Of a DNA stretch of 64,000 bases, positions 37,099-49,790 are shown piece by piece (the first letter of the stretch is position 1; every line of letters begins with the position of its first letter). Position numbers and translations under genes: made by a program. Location: positions 105,960,001-106,024,000 of the forward strand of contig NW_024704742.1 of the NCBI RefSeq assembly GCF_018977255.1, read 5' to 3'. The notes under the pieces were generated by a model. It was not told the origin of the DNA, made no database searches, and worked only from the letters and a program-made list of their open reading frames with translations. Source of the DNA: Callorhinchus milii. Taxonomy: Eukaryota.

Positions 37099-37764
37099 AA
37101 TCTGTGAGTACATTTCTACTGATAATTCTGCTCTAGGCCCTAGAGCAAATTTTACCTCTTGCCTTTGTATGGTCACCGTGATCGAAGCTCCCATAATAAT
37201 GGAACCTTTAGCAAAGTTATTATCCTAGCATTGGGTTGTGGAAACTTTGTGCAGCATAATTGTTATTCTGAGACACTGGAGACTCCTGTTGATTGTGTCA
37301 GACAGCCTTGCTGTCAGATTTCTTACACTGAGAAATATACAAAAAGGTGATGTGCTATGCTCATCTTAAGTAGACTTCTAGAACAAAGCCATCTAGTGTG
37401 CAGGCTGAGTAATCATCTGAAGCTATCTTTCCGAAGCAGAAGCTATTATAGGAACTGAAGAGCAGTGAGCAAGTCAGCAAAGGCTCTTGTAAATAAGATG
37501 TTCATTTGGAATGAAGCAAACCCAAAAGCTGTTACAAAAATGTAATTTCAGTTTATTTCTGTCAGTCATTGCTCTCCTCTGTGATCATTTTGTCCATTTT
37601 ATAGGGGTTGACAGCATTCTTCACAAAAATCAAACCGACTTACTTTTTTGAGCTTTCGGTTGTAATCTCTCTTCAGTTACCACACATTGTTATCCATTAT
37701 GTTCACAATGTGCAATACACAAGGTGCGTACTGTAGAATGATAGTGAGTGAGACTCATGGAGCA

Positions 37765-38045
37765 ATAATACCTGCATTTGATACAGTGCCTGTGATGTTG
37801 AAATGCCACAAAGCTCTTCAAAGGGTTTCTGTAAAGAGTAATGACTGCATTTACAGGCAAACAGACATAATAAAATAATAATCCTTGCATTTGACATAAC
37901 GCCTTATCGCGTATTCAAATCGTCTCAAAGCGCTTCACAGAATACACTGTAAAGTGAATTGACAGTATATTTTGTGGGCGGAATGTAGCAACCAATTGCA
38001 CACAGCAGTATCCCACAAACAGTTGTGGATTGAAGTGATCAGTTG
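37765..38045 (-). mobile_element. two tandem SINE 3' fragments
   Basis: Two TGCATTTGA tails, at 37770 and 37880. Confidence 0.8.
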
Positions 38046-38347
38046 AGCTTCCAATTACACATAGCAATATACCACTAGCAGTCATAGAGTATCAGTCTAG
38101 ACCATGAGCTCAAAGTCCCAATGTGGAGCTTGAACTCTATAACCTTCTGACCCAGAAGGACGAGTGGTACAGGTTGCAGACATCAGTGGGAATTGATCCA
38201 GGGATGATAGCAATGATGGGGATCTGCGTTTTGTGTTTGCTCAGATCAGCCCGCTCCTTAACACATGCAGAAACCCATCACCATGCTTAAGTGTACGCAA
38301 ACTAAACTGAGATTTCCATACATCCCACCTACACATGGAAATTTATA

Positions 38348-38657
38348 GAATAATGATAATAATCCTTGCATTTGATATAGCACATTTCACATCTTCTAGA
38401 CATCTCAAAGTGCTTCACAGAATATACTGTAAAGTGAATTGACTGTATATTTGTGGGCGAAACAAGGCAGCCAATTGCACACAGCAGTGTCCCACAAACA
38501 GTCGTGGATTGAAGTGACCAATGTTATTTTTTTCTTGAGGGATTATTATCAGGTATGTGGAGTAAGGAAACTTGCCCAAGGTTTCGCCCTGCCGGGAATC
38601 GAACCCAGGTTTCTCGCTTGCAAGGCGAGTGCTCTAAGTACTGAGCTACAGGATTCC
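38348..38657 (-). mobile_element. tRNA-Ala SINE, short subfamily, full length
   Basis: Reverse complement of 656-960; ORF nearly identical to 626..865. Confidence 0.93.
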
Positions 38658-38667
38658 TGACAAATTT

Positions 38668-39560
38668 CAGAACAACAATAACAAAATTACACTTGTATAG
38701 TGCCTTTCACGTCGGGAGGATGTCCCAAACTGCTGGACAGTCAGTGTTTCGGACCTGAGCTGGGGGTCGGGAATGGAGAGGGTGGATGGCAGTGGGGGAA
38801 GCAGGGTGATTGAAAGCACGGTCAAAGCGGAGAGTCTTGAGATGGGTCTTGAAGGAGGCAACGGAGGGGGCGAGATGGAGGGGCTGCAGGCTGGATTTCC
38901 AGAGGGTGGGAGCAGAGTGGCACAAAGCCTGCCCACCAATGGTAGGGCAGGTGAGGCAGGCTATGTGAAGCCGGCCGGATCCCGCTGAGCGGAGGGAGTG
39001 GGCTGGATGATAGGGGGTTAGGAGGTCGCAGCTTGTGGTGTAAGACAGTCGTGGAGCCGGGTGATGTTGCGGAGGTGGGGGAAGTCAGAGCGGGTCATGG
39101 CGCAGATGTGGGGTAGAAATTATAGTTGAGGGTCAAACAAGACCCCAAAATTCCAAGCTAGTTTAACAATGTAGAGTGCGCAACCATGGATAGTGATGCT
39201 GTTAGCGCCTGAGGTGAGGAGATGTTGAAGGGAGCCAAGGACATAGCCAGGAAGTTTGAAGTGAGAGGAAAGGTGGTGGATGAGGATAGAGTGGTCGACG
39301 GTGTCGAAGGCAGCCGAGAGATCAAGGAGGACAAGGAGGCAAAGGGAGCCCTGGACACAGATGGACAGAATGTCATTTGTCACTTTGACCAGGGCTGTTT
39401 CTGTGCTGTGGGCGGCACAGAATCCTGAAGGGAATGGCGGGAGAGGAATGAGCGAAGCTGGGAAGCAATGACTCGTTCCAAGACCTTGGAGAGGAAAGGG
39501 AGGTTGGAGATAGGGTGGTAGCTTTAGAGCCATGATGGGTCCATGGAGGGTTTTTTAAGG
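38668..39560 (-). mobile_element. L2 with multiple internal deletions
   Basis: [13 protein letters not shown]...[12 protein letters not shown] followed by jumps to FGVLFDPQL and then to the 3' end. Confidence 0.92.
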
Positions 39561-39569
39561 ATAGGAGTG

Positions 39570-40060
39570 AAATAGATTGTTGGAATGGAATGCGCACTCT
39601 CTCGCTGGAGGGACCCATCTTGCTGCTTAGTTAATCCTGGAAACTATTAAGTGCAGGTTGGCCAGAGCCAAGGCTTGGGGATCCCAAAGTGTGCGTTGGG
39701 ATACTGCAGGATATTATGATGGAGTCAAACATGTCTTACCCAAGCAGCATTGAAATCCTGTAGGGATTGTTCCTTATGTGCTAGACAACATGTGTCAGTA
39801 GGTTAGGAATGGGGACCATATGTCAAAACATTTTTCTTGATTTGACCTCAATCAGCACATGATTTTCTTGGACAGGGAAATTTTCCACAGTGCTTCAACT
39901 CACAATGACCAAGTGTAGCAGCCACTCCAGCAGAATCACCCGTCTGGTTGTGGTTAGTCAAAAAGCCCAGGAGCTTACTCAGATTTGAGTCCTAGGGAAA
40001 CACTCTGGGGAGGTCCAAGAGGCAGTGTGCGGAATCTGGTTTGACACATTTTGCCATTGG
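39570..40060 (-). repeat. family X copy
   Basis: CTGGAGGGAC...GTGCAGGTTGGCCAGAGCCAAGGCTTGGGGATCCCAAAG matches 18075-18110 and 32390-32460. Confidence 0.7.
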
Positions 40061-43000
40061 GGCTGGATCCTGGGGCATGCCTGGAGATTGTTGAATTTTA
40101 ACTCTGTCTTCTGTGAATTCTCCAGCTCTCCACTGTGAGCCTAGTAGCTCAGTTCTAATAAGAATTAGGAATCAGCCAGGGAGAAAAACAATTGTTTCCA
40201 GTTGATCTCATTTCTCCTGGGTTTTATGGTCAATGAAGCAAGAACGAAAAAATCAGCAGTCTTTCTCCCTATTAATGAATGATACACTAATGCCTTCAAA
40301 TCCTGGTGGGTTGCTCCTACCATGGATGCTCGATATCATAGAGAGGGAGATATCTGTGATACAATTTTTTTTCTCAACAAACACAAAATACTATTCCACA
40401 GTGCAAAAGGAATGAGAAAAGAAATGTTACTTTGAATTACAATCAGCTAGTGCTTCTATTTCGATCTGTTTTCTTTGAAGGTTTGCTCCTTTTTTTTGCC
40501 AGCCGGTAAACTTTGAACTTTTCTTTAGTTTTTTTTTCCAAAGGAAATGCAATGATGTTCCCGGACTCAGCACTTCGGGATTTTAGACAAAACAGCAGAG
40601 CTTAATGGGTTAAAGGTTAAATCAACCTTTCACTAGAGGTATCCCAAGTGCTGCTTTTAAACCTTGGCATAGTGCTGGCGAATGCTATAAATCCTTACGA
40701 TAACCCTGGCCAACTATCAATGGGGAATGGAAAGGAGAAGGGAGTCAGCTATTATATCCTAACTTTTTCCTGCAATAAAATTGGTTTCCTATGTTGTTAT
40801 TTCAACTGCACACTCCAGCCAAATTTTGAGCTTGTGTCGGAAAGAAGAAACAAAGAGACAGACAGGAATCCTCCAGTATTAATTGTCTTGTAAGGAATCA
40901 GCATTGAAGCACTTGCATATTAACAATATAACCTCAATGAGCTGAGCATATTTTGTATCTGTCAGCGTACTATTATAGATATAGTGTACATATTCAGCAA
41001 TGTTCCAAATGTGCTCTTAGGTTGCAAGATTATTGTTCACTGGTCTGGTGTAAACTATGGAAGCTGATTATTTCTGCCAGAATATAAAATTAGCCGGTCC
41101 AATTCGAACTTTGATCAGACTTTTTTTTATGCTGCCAACTCTTGTTCCAAACCAGCAATAACAAATTAGTTTTGTAAAAAAGTACTGTGAAAGAACAATT
41201 TTGCGATTGTAAATTCTAAGATTGTAAGTTTAAACTGCTATGGCAGTTTTGGTAAGATGTTTTGGTAAGATACTGTATTTAGATTTTCTCCACTCTAGTT
41301 CTGTTTCAGTGGTCTGAGATGCCAACGTCCCCTCCCCTCCCCCCTCACTCGCACCCCCCTCCCCGAAGGACACTATACAAGTTGTTGTTCTTGTTCTCCA
41401 CACAGCACACTATATCCCAGTAGATGGAGTACACTCTCATTTACTCTCTAATCATATTATAGGGAACAGTTGAGAGGTGTTGTGCGGTGACTCTCCAAGA
41501 TAAAGTAACAGAACTAATTACAGCCCTGGTGCGGATCTCTGACTGTCCAGCACCTTGGGACATCCTCCTGACGTGAAAGGCGCTATACAAATATAATTTG
41601 TTGTTTGTTATTGTTATCTTTAGGAACGGCACAGGATGTGTTCCCAGAGTTCATTAGGTCATGAAAACAAGTGATAATGACACTGGTTTGTGACCTGCCT
41701 TCTCACACATCCGCCTCACAACCCTTCTCCCACGTACTGCATCTGTTATTCTGTATTTTTTAAATCGTAGTCAATTATTGGAAAATTCCCCGCAAGCAGA
41801 AGAAATAAATGTAAGAACAAATTGTGTTTTTTTTNAAATAATAGTCCTCATAGAATATTATAGCACAGAAGGAAGCCATTCGGCCCATCGTGCCTGTGCT
41901 TCATAAGGAATTCCCTCAGAATTCCCCAAGAATTTCATTCCAAAAGGAGTTTGGTCAGAGAACACTTTCTGGAGGTCATTGTGAAGTACTTGCCAGTTTG
42001 TGTAACTCGAACCTACTTTGAGATGCTACCCATATGAAGGTTGCTACATAATGCAAGTTGCTATTGTTTCTTATGAAGCATTCTCATTCAGAAATATTTC
42101 AACGTCACATGCACAAACATTCACCCATTAGCTTAGCTGTGCAGGACATTCAACGAGATATTTTGCAGCAACCCTGAGATCTACATTGCGATAGATCTAA
42201 AGTTTTCAGCCACAAACCAAATCTTAATAATTTGTTAGAGGTGGATAAAAGTCTCTGAAACATTATAAATTGCATGAAGAAGCGCTGCATAACACAAGAT
42301 TTCAAAGCAGACCAAGCTGTGGGGATAGCTTGACTAGACGAGAACTGTTCTGTTCTTGGGATGAGATGTTTCATGTCCTGATAAGTTACTTCTGCAATGA
42401 TTGGTATCCCAGTGACAGTGATGGTAATCATTTTGTAGTAATTTTTTTGTGCATTTCGCATTTATCTCCAGCCACAAACAGAGTAGTGATCCCCTCTCCT
42501 CTGCCATTAGCAAAGTTCTTAAAACTCAATTTGAAGAAAAGTAAATTCCTTTAAGTTGCCATGTTCCATTTTACAATTATCAAAATCTGTTCAAACTAGA
42601 CCAGAGGATTACTTCCCAAATAAATGCTCTTGTACACATGGCGTCACCTAATGATGATAGGGTACGTTTATTCAAACAGATTAATGTGATCAATAGGCAT
42701 GTACTTGATTGCAGACAATGGTGCTTTTCTTTGTCAAATGTCATGGGGTTTCAATCCTTTAACACCCGTGAAGCCCATCCCATTAGCAAGCAGTCTATTG
42801 TTTATGCTGTGTTTCAGGATTATATAAAGAACAAAAGGCTATGTGGAGATGGTAATGTCAATTGTGGCTTCAGAGAGAGATTGTCTTTTCCTTTGGGACT
42901 GATTTAAGAAAATGATTTTTTTTTGTTGTGTATCACTCTGGTGTATCAAATAGACGTTCCTTCATCCTCTCTGGGTCAAAATACTGGAATTGGTAGGAGC

Positions 43001-43864
43001 ACCATCACCACAGCACCTGCAGTGGTGTAATGAGAAGGTCACCACCACCCTCTCAAGACAAGCAAGAAAAGACAATAAATGATGGTCCTGCCAGTGTCAC
43101 CATATCCCATAGAACCTTAGAAATGTATGGCACAGAAGAAGGCCATTCGGCATGTCCCAAGATGTCCACCGACATGAAATATATATATATAAATATTTAT
43201 ATAAATGAAATTTGTTGTTGTTGACATATGGAATGTCAGCCGTGTATCTTGTTGATAGATGACAGACCAGCCAACTTGGCTCACTCATGGGACTTAGAGG
43301 TGCAGACGAGTTATTGGGAACAGGGATTCTTCCCCTTAGTTCCTGTTAACCTTTAATCTTGCTAAAACCTTGTACTATTTGATACTGAATTGGGGCAGTT
43401 TTGTACAATAGGTGCCATACAGACTACACCTAAATGATTATGAGATTGAGCAGTGGATGTTGTCACATTTGCTCCATTAGCTTTCAGCACAGCAGTAGTT
43501 CAATGAGGCAACAATTTAATACAGTTTGGACTGATTGCATTACTCACCAGTAATCGACTGTGGATTATTACCTGATAAATTTGTACTAGAGCGGTTGTTC
43601 CCGTTAATCTTTCAGTGTGAATCTCATTGTGTATCAACTACATGCAGTGCAATGATCGAGGAACTTGCCAAGAATGGACCCAAAGTGGAATAAAGCCAAC
43701 TCCACATTATGTCCTATAAAAGTGATGGATTACACCTAGAATAGTACACAGTTTGAAACGCATTACAAGGCTGTAACATATCAAAGAGTTCAGTTGATGC
43801 TGTAAATTGCTATTCTGTTATTTTGTAGAATATCAGAAATACAGGGATTTCTATCCTTTTTTTG

Positions 43865-44175
43865 CTGTGTTGAAAGTTTGGGCAAGTTTCCTTATCCCTT
43901 ATGCCTCTGTTTATCTAGTAAGTCGGAACCTGGTTATTTGTCAATTGTCATATCGCTTTTCCGGGTGTAATAATCCCTTAAAAAAAATTGGGTCACTCAA
44001 TTCACAACTGTTTGTGGGACACTACTGTGCGCAATTGGCTACTGCATTTTGCCCACAAAATATACAGTCAATTCACTTTACAGTATAATCTGTGAAGCGT
44101 TTTGAGACTTGTTGAATATGTGATGAGGCGCTTTATCAAATGCAAGGATTATTATTACTGAGATTATTGTTATTA
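43865..44175 (+). mobile_element. tRNA-Ala SINE, long subfamily, head truncated
   Basis: TTGGGCAAGTTTCCTTA...GCCTCTGTTTATCTAG...tail. Confidence 0.88.
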
Positions 44176-44179
44176 CTAC

Positions 44180-44316
44180 AGAGTGGTTAAGGGATATGGG
44201 GATAGGGCGGGTAAATGAAATTAGGTTAGAAGATCAGCTGTGATCTTATTAAATGGCGGGGCAGGCTTGAAGGGCCAAATGGCCTACTCCTGCTCCTATG
44301 TTTTATGGTCTTATGA
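44180..44316 (+). mobile_element. CR1 LINE 3' UTR
   Basis: AAGGGATATGGG...GAAGGGCCAAATGGCCTACTCCTGCTCCTATG...TTATGGTCTTATG. Confidence 0.8.
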
Positions 44317-44479
44317 TTGACTGATTCTGCCATTCTATTGCCAAGCATGTCACCCTGGTGCCAGTTCAGCTACAAGGAAACTCTACTTACTTCCCCTACA
44401 ATATGCATTGTCTCAACAGTTTTAGGCATCTTATGTTGTGGTGTTTCCATGTTATTATTGCCTTCTAAATTGGAAACAT

Positions 44480-44715
44480 CACACCTTAATAAGTCCAAAA
44501 TTCATTTTACAGTCTTACGCTTTAAAACTATTTAGTCTACAAATTTAAGATTGTGCGAATTGTGGGAAAATTCTTAAATTCAGTTTTAAATTGGTAGTTG
44601 CTTTGAAAACAAGCCTGAATATAAAAAATTTCCACAATGCTGCACAATCTTAAATTTGAAGACAAATTAGTCTTACAGGCTAAGAGTAGGTGGAATTTAA
44701 GATTTCTTATGCGGA
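44480..44715. repeat. AT-rich palindromic MITE-like element
   Basis: CAAATTTAAGATTGTGC...TTGTGG pairs with CCACAA...GCACAATCTTAAATTTG; related halves at 30690-30850 and 49860-49950. Confidence 0.8.
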
Positions 44716-46128
44716 CTGGATTCTAAAGCTGTAATTTTCAGTTTCTACCGAAAGGTAAGGGGACTAATTTGCAGCATTCCCTGAGCGCATTTGTTAATAA
44801 GGTGGTGACTGGCGATACGTCATGCTGACATGCAGGAACTCTACTCTGACAGAATTTACTTCTGGGGCAGAGTTCCCATGGGTCAATGGTAATTCAAACA
44901 AGATTCTTTACTAAGAAATACCATAATTTAGAGCTCATTGGAATTATAAACTATTGGGGTTTCACTCTCATTGTTTATGAGTTGTCTAAAACTCAATGAG
45001 ATTGCTGCCTTTTAATGAGTCTCCAGGATCCATTATTCTCTTATTAACATGATGGCCCTGGTTTTATTAGTTCCTGGCACTCACAGTATTTTATAATGAT
45101 TCAGGACACAATTTGAGGCAATAGAACAGAGTGCTTGAGCATCAGAATGTGCATGTAAATATGCTCATTAAGCTGAGCAGCAGCAACTGTGCTGTCATTT
45201 TGGATTCCAATATTAACCCTTTCTGAAGTGAACAAAGGCCACCCCGCATAAGGTTTCTGCTGTTCAGTCTTGAATGAGCAGTGACAGGAAGATATGTTCT
45301 TTAAATAATTCTGCATAAATACTGCACAAAACAGACCAGTTTGCAGTTTTTAAGAAGGGTCCAATTCACCTTATTCGCAACAGGATGAAACTGTAGCTTA
45401 CTGACTTCCAAATGCTGTCTAGTGTGTCATAACCCAAAAAGACAAATTAGAATTTCCCCAAAACAGTAAAAGGTGCAAAGTCCAAAAATGTCTGGAAAAC
45501 ATTCTACTGCTTGCCTTTTTCACTGAGCTAACACGTGCTCAGCCCTTGGGCCATTCTCCCCACATAAAAGGCCCTATGAAACTAATTTGTTGTTATTGTT
45601 GCTGCATGATCCCTGTTCCTTCTGCCCCACCGTCAGCAACGAGTCTTCAGCCACGACCCTCTGGAACCCTCACCATAAATCCCTCCACCTTACTCCCTCT
45701 CTAGCTGTCTTTAAATGCCTCCTGAAAGCCTGCCTATTCAAATGTGTCTCAGTCACTTTTGTCCTTGCCCCACTTTCCTTGTTAAAGTGATTAAAATTGT
45801 TATTTACCTCAGCTGAAGGATGCTATAAAAATCCAAGTAGTTGTTGTCATTTTATTCACCAGCCTTTTTATTTGTAATTTGCCACCTTTTGTAAATTTGT
45901 ACAAATTAGTATATATATATACTTATTGCAAATTAGACAGTTTTCTCAAGACTTCACATCCAGTATCCTCTCTGAGGCAAATCACCACATTAAACCGAGG
46001 ATGGTCATTTCATAATCACCTGATTATACTTTAATAAGATGATCAAGATTTTTTCTTTTCACTATTTCCACACTAGATTTTGTCTGTAACTAATGGTATT
46101 TGACTGCTCTTTCCTTCCACTTCTATAG

Positions 46129-46212
46129 GTGTTGAGAACCTGCTTGTGGGTCCCTCAAATGACCATCATTTAGATGTAAACCTAAATGAGAGAGACATGT
46201 CAGGTGCTGGAG
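46129..46212 (+). other. candidate 84-nt symmetric (phase 1) coding exon, gene unknown
   Basis: Branch-like CTAAT at 46090; polypyrimidine tract + TAG; open frame VENLLVGPSNDHHLDVNLNERDMSGAG; donor G|GTAACC. No recognisable homolog. Confidence 0.25.
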
Positions 46213-46956
46213 GTAACCATTGGCAGTTCAATAGCAGTATAATGAGTGCTACATACTGTATAACTTAATACAGTACAAGTACAATTGTGTGGCATGAATA
46301 AATTGTAAGAAACGTTTGTGCTTTTATCTGATCAGAGCACTGGCAGTCACTCTATTGTACTGTTCATTGTATCCCCAGCACATTGTTACTGTAGAACTAT
46401 CTTGCTGATGTCATGTGGTGGTGGTTAATGAATTTGTAAATGAAAATCCGAAGCTGTGGTGCAGACCGCAGGGTGAGAGGTGAATCTTTCAATGCTTTCT
46501 GCTTCTCTTTGTATGCTTGACCTGATCGATTGTAATGTCCCAAGTTACCAGTCCAGTTACAGATGTGCTACGAGTCCCTTGGCAGAGCCTTAGGCACCTT
46601 GGACAGAATCACACACTGCCAGGATGTTCCCATGTTCATTTTTATTTTACTTTCACACAGTTTTTCACACCCTGAGTTTTTAGAGCTGTGCTCAAAATAA
46701 CTGATTCCCACATACTTTGGGAGTTGGAGAGGGTGGTTTAATTAGGTAAATCATTGAGCTGTGAATCATATTATGGTAGCTAGGCTACTGGGGCTGTTAT
46801 TTGCCATCTATTGAACGAATGTTAAAACACTATGAGTGGCTGCAATATGATTGAATTAATCTTTTACAAATATATGTCTTTTTAACAAAAATAAATGGGG
46901 CTCCCAGTTTTGTTTTGTTTGCAGTATTTGAGACCCTATGGTGAGGACACACTAAC

Positions 46957-47325
46957 AGGTGTCACTCTGGTTCAGTTGGTGGCACCCTCATCTCTCAGTC
47001 AGAAGGTTGTGGGTTCAAATGCCACTTTGGACTTTGAACTGATCTGGCTTAATCTAACTGCAGTGCTGCGATTGTGCTGTATTATTGGAGATGCCATGCT
47101 TCGGATGAAATGTTAAACCAAGGTCCTGTCCGCCTGTTCAGCTGGATGTTAAAAATGATATGGCCCTATTCAAAAAGAGAAGGGATTTTGTCTCAGTGCT
47201 CTAGCCAAAAATCCTTCAAAATAAAACTGGTCATTCATTTCATGGCTTTTTGTGGGTCAATGCTGTGTAAAATGTGGCTGCTGCATTTGCCAACAAAATA
47301 CACAGTCACTACACTTTACAGTATA
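46957..47325 (+). mobile_element. Deu-domain SINE lacking its tail
   Basis: GGTTCAGTTGG...TCAGAAGGTTGTGGGTTCAAAT head; Deu core. Confidence 0.85.
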
Positions 47326-47334
47326 TGATCCACC

Positions 47335-47493
47335 AGCAGATCTGGTTGGACCTCATCAAAACTTACCACTCCGCCACCGCCATCACTAAATCGTCTTTCT
47401 ACTCCAAGACAATCTTGGATCCGTTACTGTAAAGCGCTCTGAGACGCTGTCCGGTGCGGAGGGCGCTATATAAATCCAAGTTATTGTTGTTGT
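47335..47493 (+). mobile_element. L2 internal ORF2 piece abutting a different L2-type 3' tail
   Basis: QQIWLDLIKTYHSA...KSSFYSKTIL then GGAGGGCGCTATATAAATCCAAG(TTG)n; same tail at 48575-48635. Confidence 0.7.
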
Positions 47494-47509
47494 TAGATGC
47501 CAAGGAGAG

Positions 47510-48445
47510 CAACAACAAATTACGCTTGTATAGCGCCCTTCACGTCGGAAAGATGTTTTTGGACCTGAGCTGGGAGTTTGGGGTCAGAAGGGAAGGAGGG
47601 CAGAGGGGTGGGGGTGGGGGGTGGCCGAAGGCATGATTGAAGAGGAAAGTCTTCAGTCGGGATTTGAAAGAGGCAAGAGAGAGGATGAGGTGGAGGGATT
47701 GTGGGATAGAGTTCCAGAGTGTGGGGGCAGAGATGCTGAATGTCCAACCACCAATGGTGGGGCGGAAAATGCAGGGACGTAAAGCAGGCCAGAGTGGCAG
47801 GTTGGTAGGGAGTTAGGAGGTCCCAGAGGTAATGGGGAGCAAGGTCATGGAGGGCTTTGAAGGTGAGGACCAGGACTTTGAACTGTATCCTTTGTGTTAT
47901 GGGAAGTCAGGGGAGTTTGGCGAGGGTGGGGTTAGTAGGGTGACTGAACCTGGTGCGGGAAAGGACATGGACTGCAGAGTTCTGGATGATCTGCAGTCTA
48001 TGGATGGAGGAGTTGGGGAGGCGGACAAGAAGGAAGTTTGGTAGTTGAGCATGGATGTTATGAATGCACGTATGAGAATCTCCGTGGCTTGTGGTGTGAG
48101 ACAGTGGTGGAGCCGGGCCATGTTCTGGAGGTAGGGGAAAGCAGAGCGGGTCATGGTAGGGATGCGGAGTAGAAAGGATAGTTGAGGGTCAAACAAGATG
48201 CCAAGGTTCTGCTCAGTGAAGTGGAGTGTGCATCCTTGGATGGTGATGCTGTCAATGCCTGAGGTGTGGAGGCGCTGATGGGAGACAATCAGGAGAGCCT
48301 TGGCCTTGTTGACGTTCAACTGTAGAAAGTAGCTCTCATCCAGGATTTGATGTCTGACAAACATCCTGTCAGGACAGCAGTGGTCCTGGAGTCGAGGGTG
48401 GAAGCAGAGCGATAAAGTTGGGTGTCATCCACATACATGTGGAAC
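47510..48445 (-). mobile_element. L2 3' fragment from the YxDD region to the tail
   Basis: [14 protein letters not shown]...[12 protein letters not shown]; tail at 47510. Confidence 0.92.
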
Positions 48446-49534
48446 ATGCGGAACGCCGTATGAGCCCCATATATAAGACTTGTAATTAGCCAGCTATAAT
48501 CTGTCTCATAGAGTAACCAGGAAACGTGCTGGATGGATTGAGGTTTAATTACTGTGGCATTGAAAGGTATGTCAGCATTCTGAGACGCCGTCCAGCGTGG
48601 AGGGCGCTATATAAATCCAAGTTGTTATTGTTGTTGTATGTCATATTATCGAGAATTTATATATTTTTGAATTTGGCTTTCACTTCAGTTTTCTGTAGTT
48701 TTGGAAAGAACTTACAGAAAAACAGTTTCAGAATTACAGTTGAAATTAAGAATTTGCAAATTCTGGATGCTCTAAAATAATATATAAGTGGAGTAAATAT
48801 AGACCCAGGTGATATTTCTCTCCAACTCTGTTTATAAAATCACAAAAAGTACACTGTAAATTCTATCATTGATTAAATCAAGCCAGTTGAAATGCACATA
48901 TATGTACTCTGAAGGCTTTTGTGAGGGTTACATACTAATGTAATAATGTGCATGCTTTTCATGCAGAGATCAATACTCATCATTGCACAATGAAATGGAC
49001 TGTGTTTTATATGACAGTATTAACCAAAATATAGAGGCAAGCAATCGTGACATTTTCACTATGGGTATTTTTCTCAAGGGACTAATAACCCTTACCAGAA
49101 GTCCTTCCTCACATCTCTTGAATGCTAATCATCTTTGCCACTCAGCTTTATCAAGGCTTTTTCGGTACTGAGTGACCAATTAGTGCAGTCGTAAAACTCT
49201 ATTTTCATCTGTTGTCACAAAGCAATTGATAAAAAAAAATTGTCCTTTTACACGGCTGGCTCTTGGATGCTCCGTGGTGTTTTCCTGCTGGTTTACTGAA
49301 AACTAGGATCTGGCTGACAAAATCACAATGCAATGCCAACACCAAGATAGACCGCCTCCCCTATCAATGTATACTGCTGTGTATAACCAGATGATCTTCA
49401 GCACATTGCTGTGTTTAATGAACAAATTTACAGGCTTCCAAGGAAGAAAGCAAGATAACATCAGTGTTAAGGTTGTGCATTCATCATTAGCCCTGAATGC
49501 TGAAACAGGTCCCCATAAATAGCCCTCCCCCACC

Positions 49535-49790
49535 ATAGAATCCTAGAATACTCACAGGATAAAAGGAGGCCATTCAGTACATTGTGTCTGCGCTGATGCT
49601 ATCTTTTTTTGTTGGAACCAATTTACTCAAGTCCTGTTCATCATATCTTCATCATTCTTTAATATTATTTTTCCTCAAATATTTATCCGCTTCCCTTTTA
49701 AATGGTGTGATGGATTCAACTTCATCAGTCTTTTATGATAAAGTATTCTGTATTCTAATAACCATTGATTCAGAAATAATCCTTCCAACG
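49535..49790 (-). mobile_element. CR1-type 3' fragment
   Basis: CATAGAATC...GGAGGCCATTCAG...ATTTATCC..TTCCCTTTTAAA. Confidence 0.6.

Noticed and set aside
40600..40620. piggyBac-like end GGGTTAA
   Set aside because: No matching partner terminus nearby
41835..41835. Single N base
   Set aside because: Assembly ambiguity beside a T run; not biological
46801..46815. CTCF-like TGCCATCTATTG (also at 14911)
   Set aside because: Only a partial motif, expected by chance
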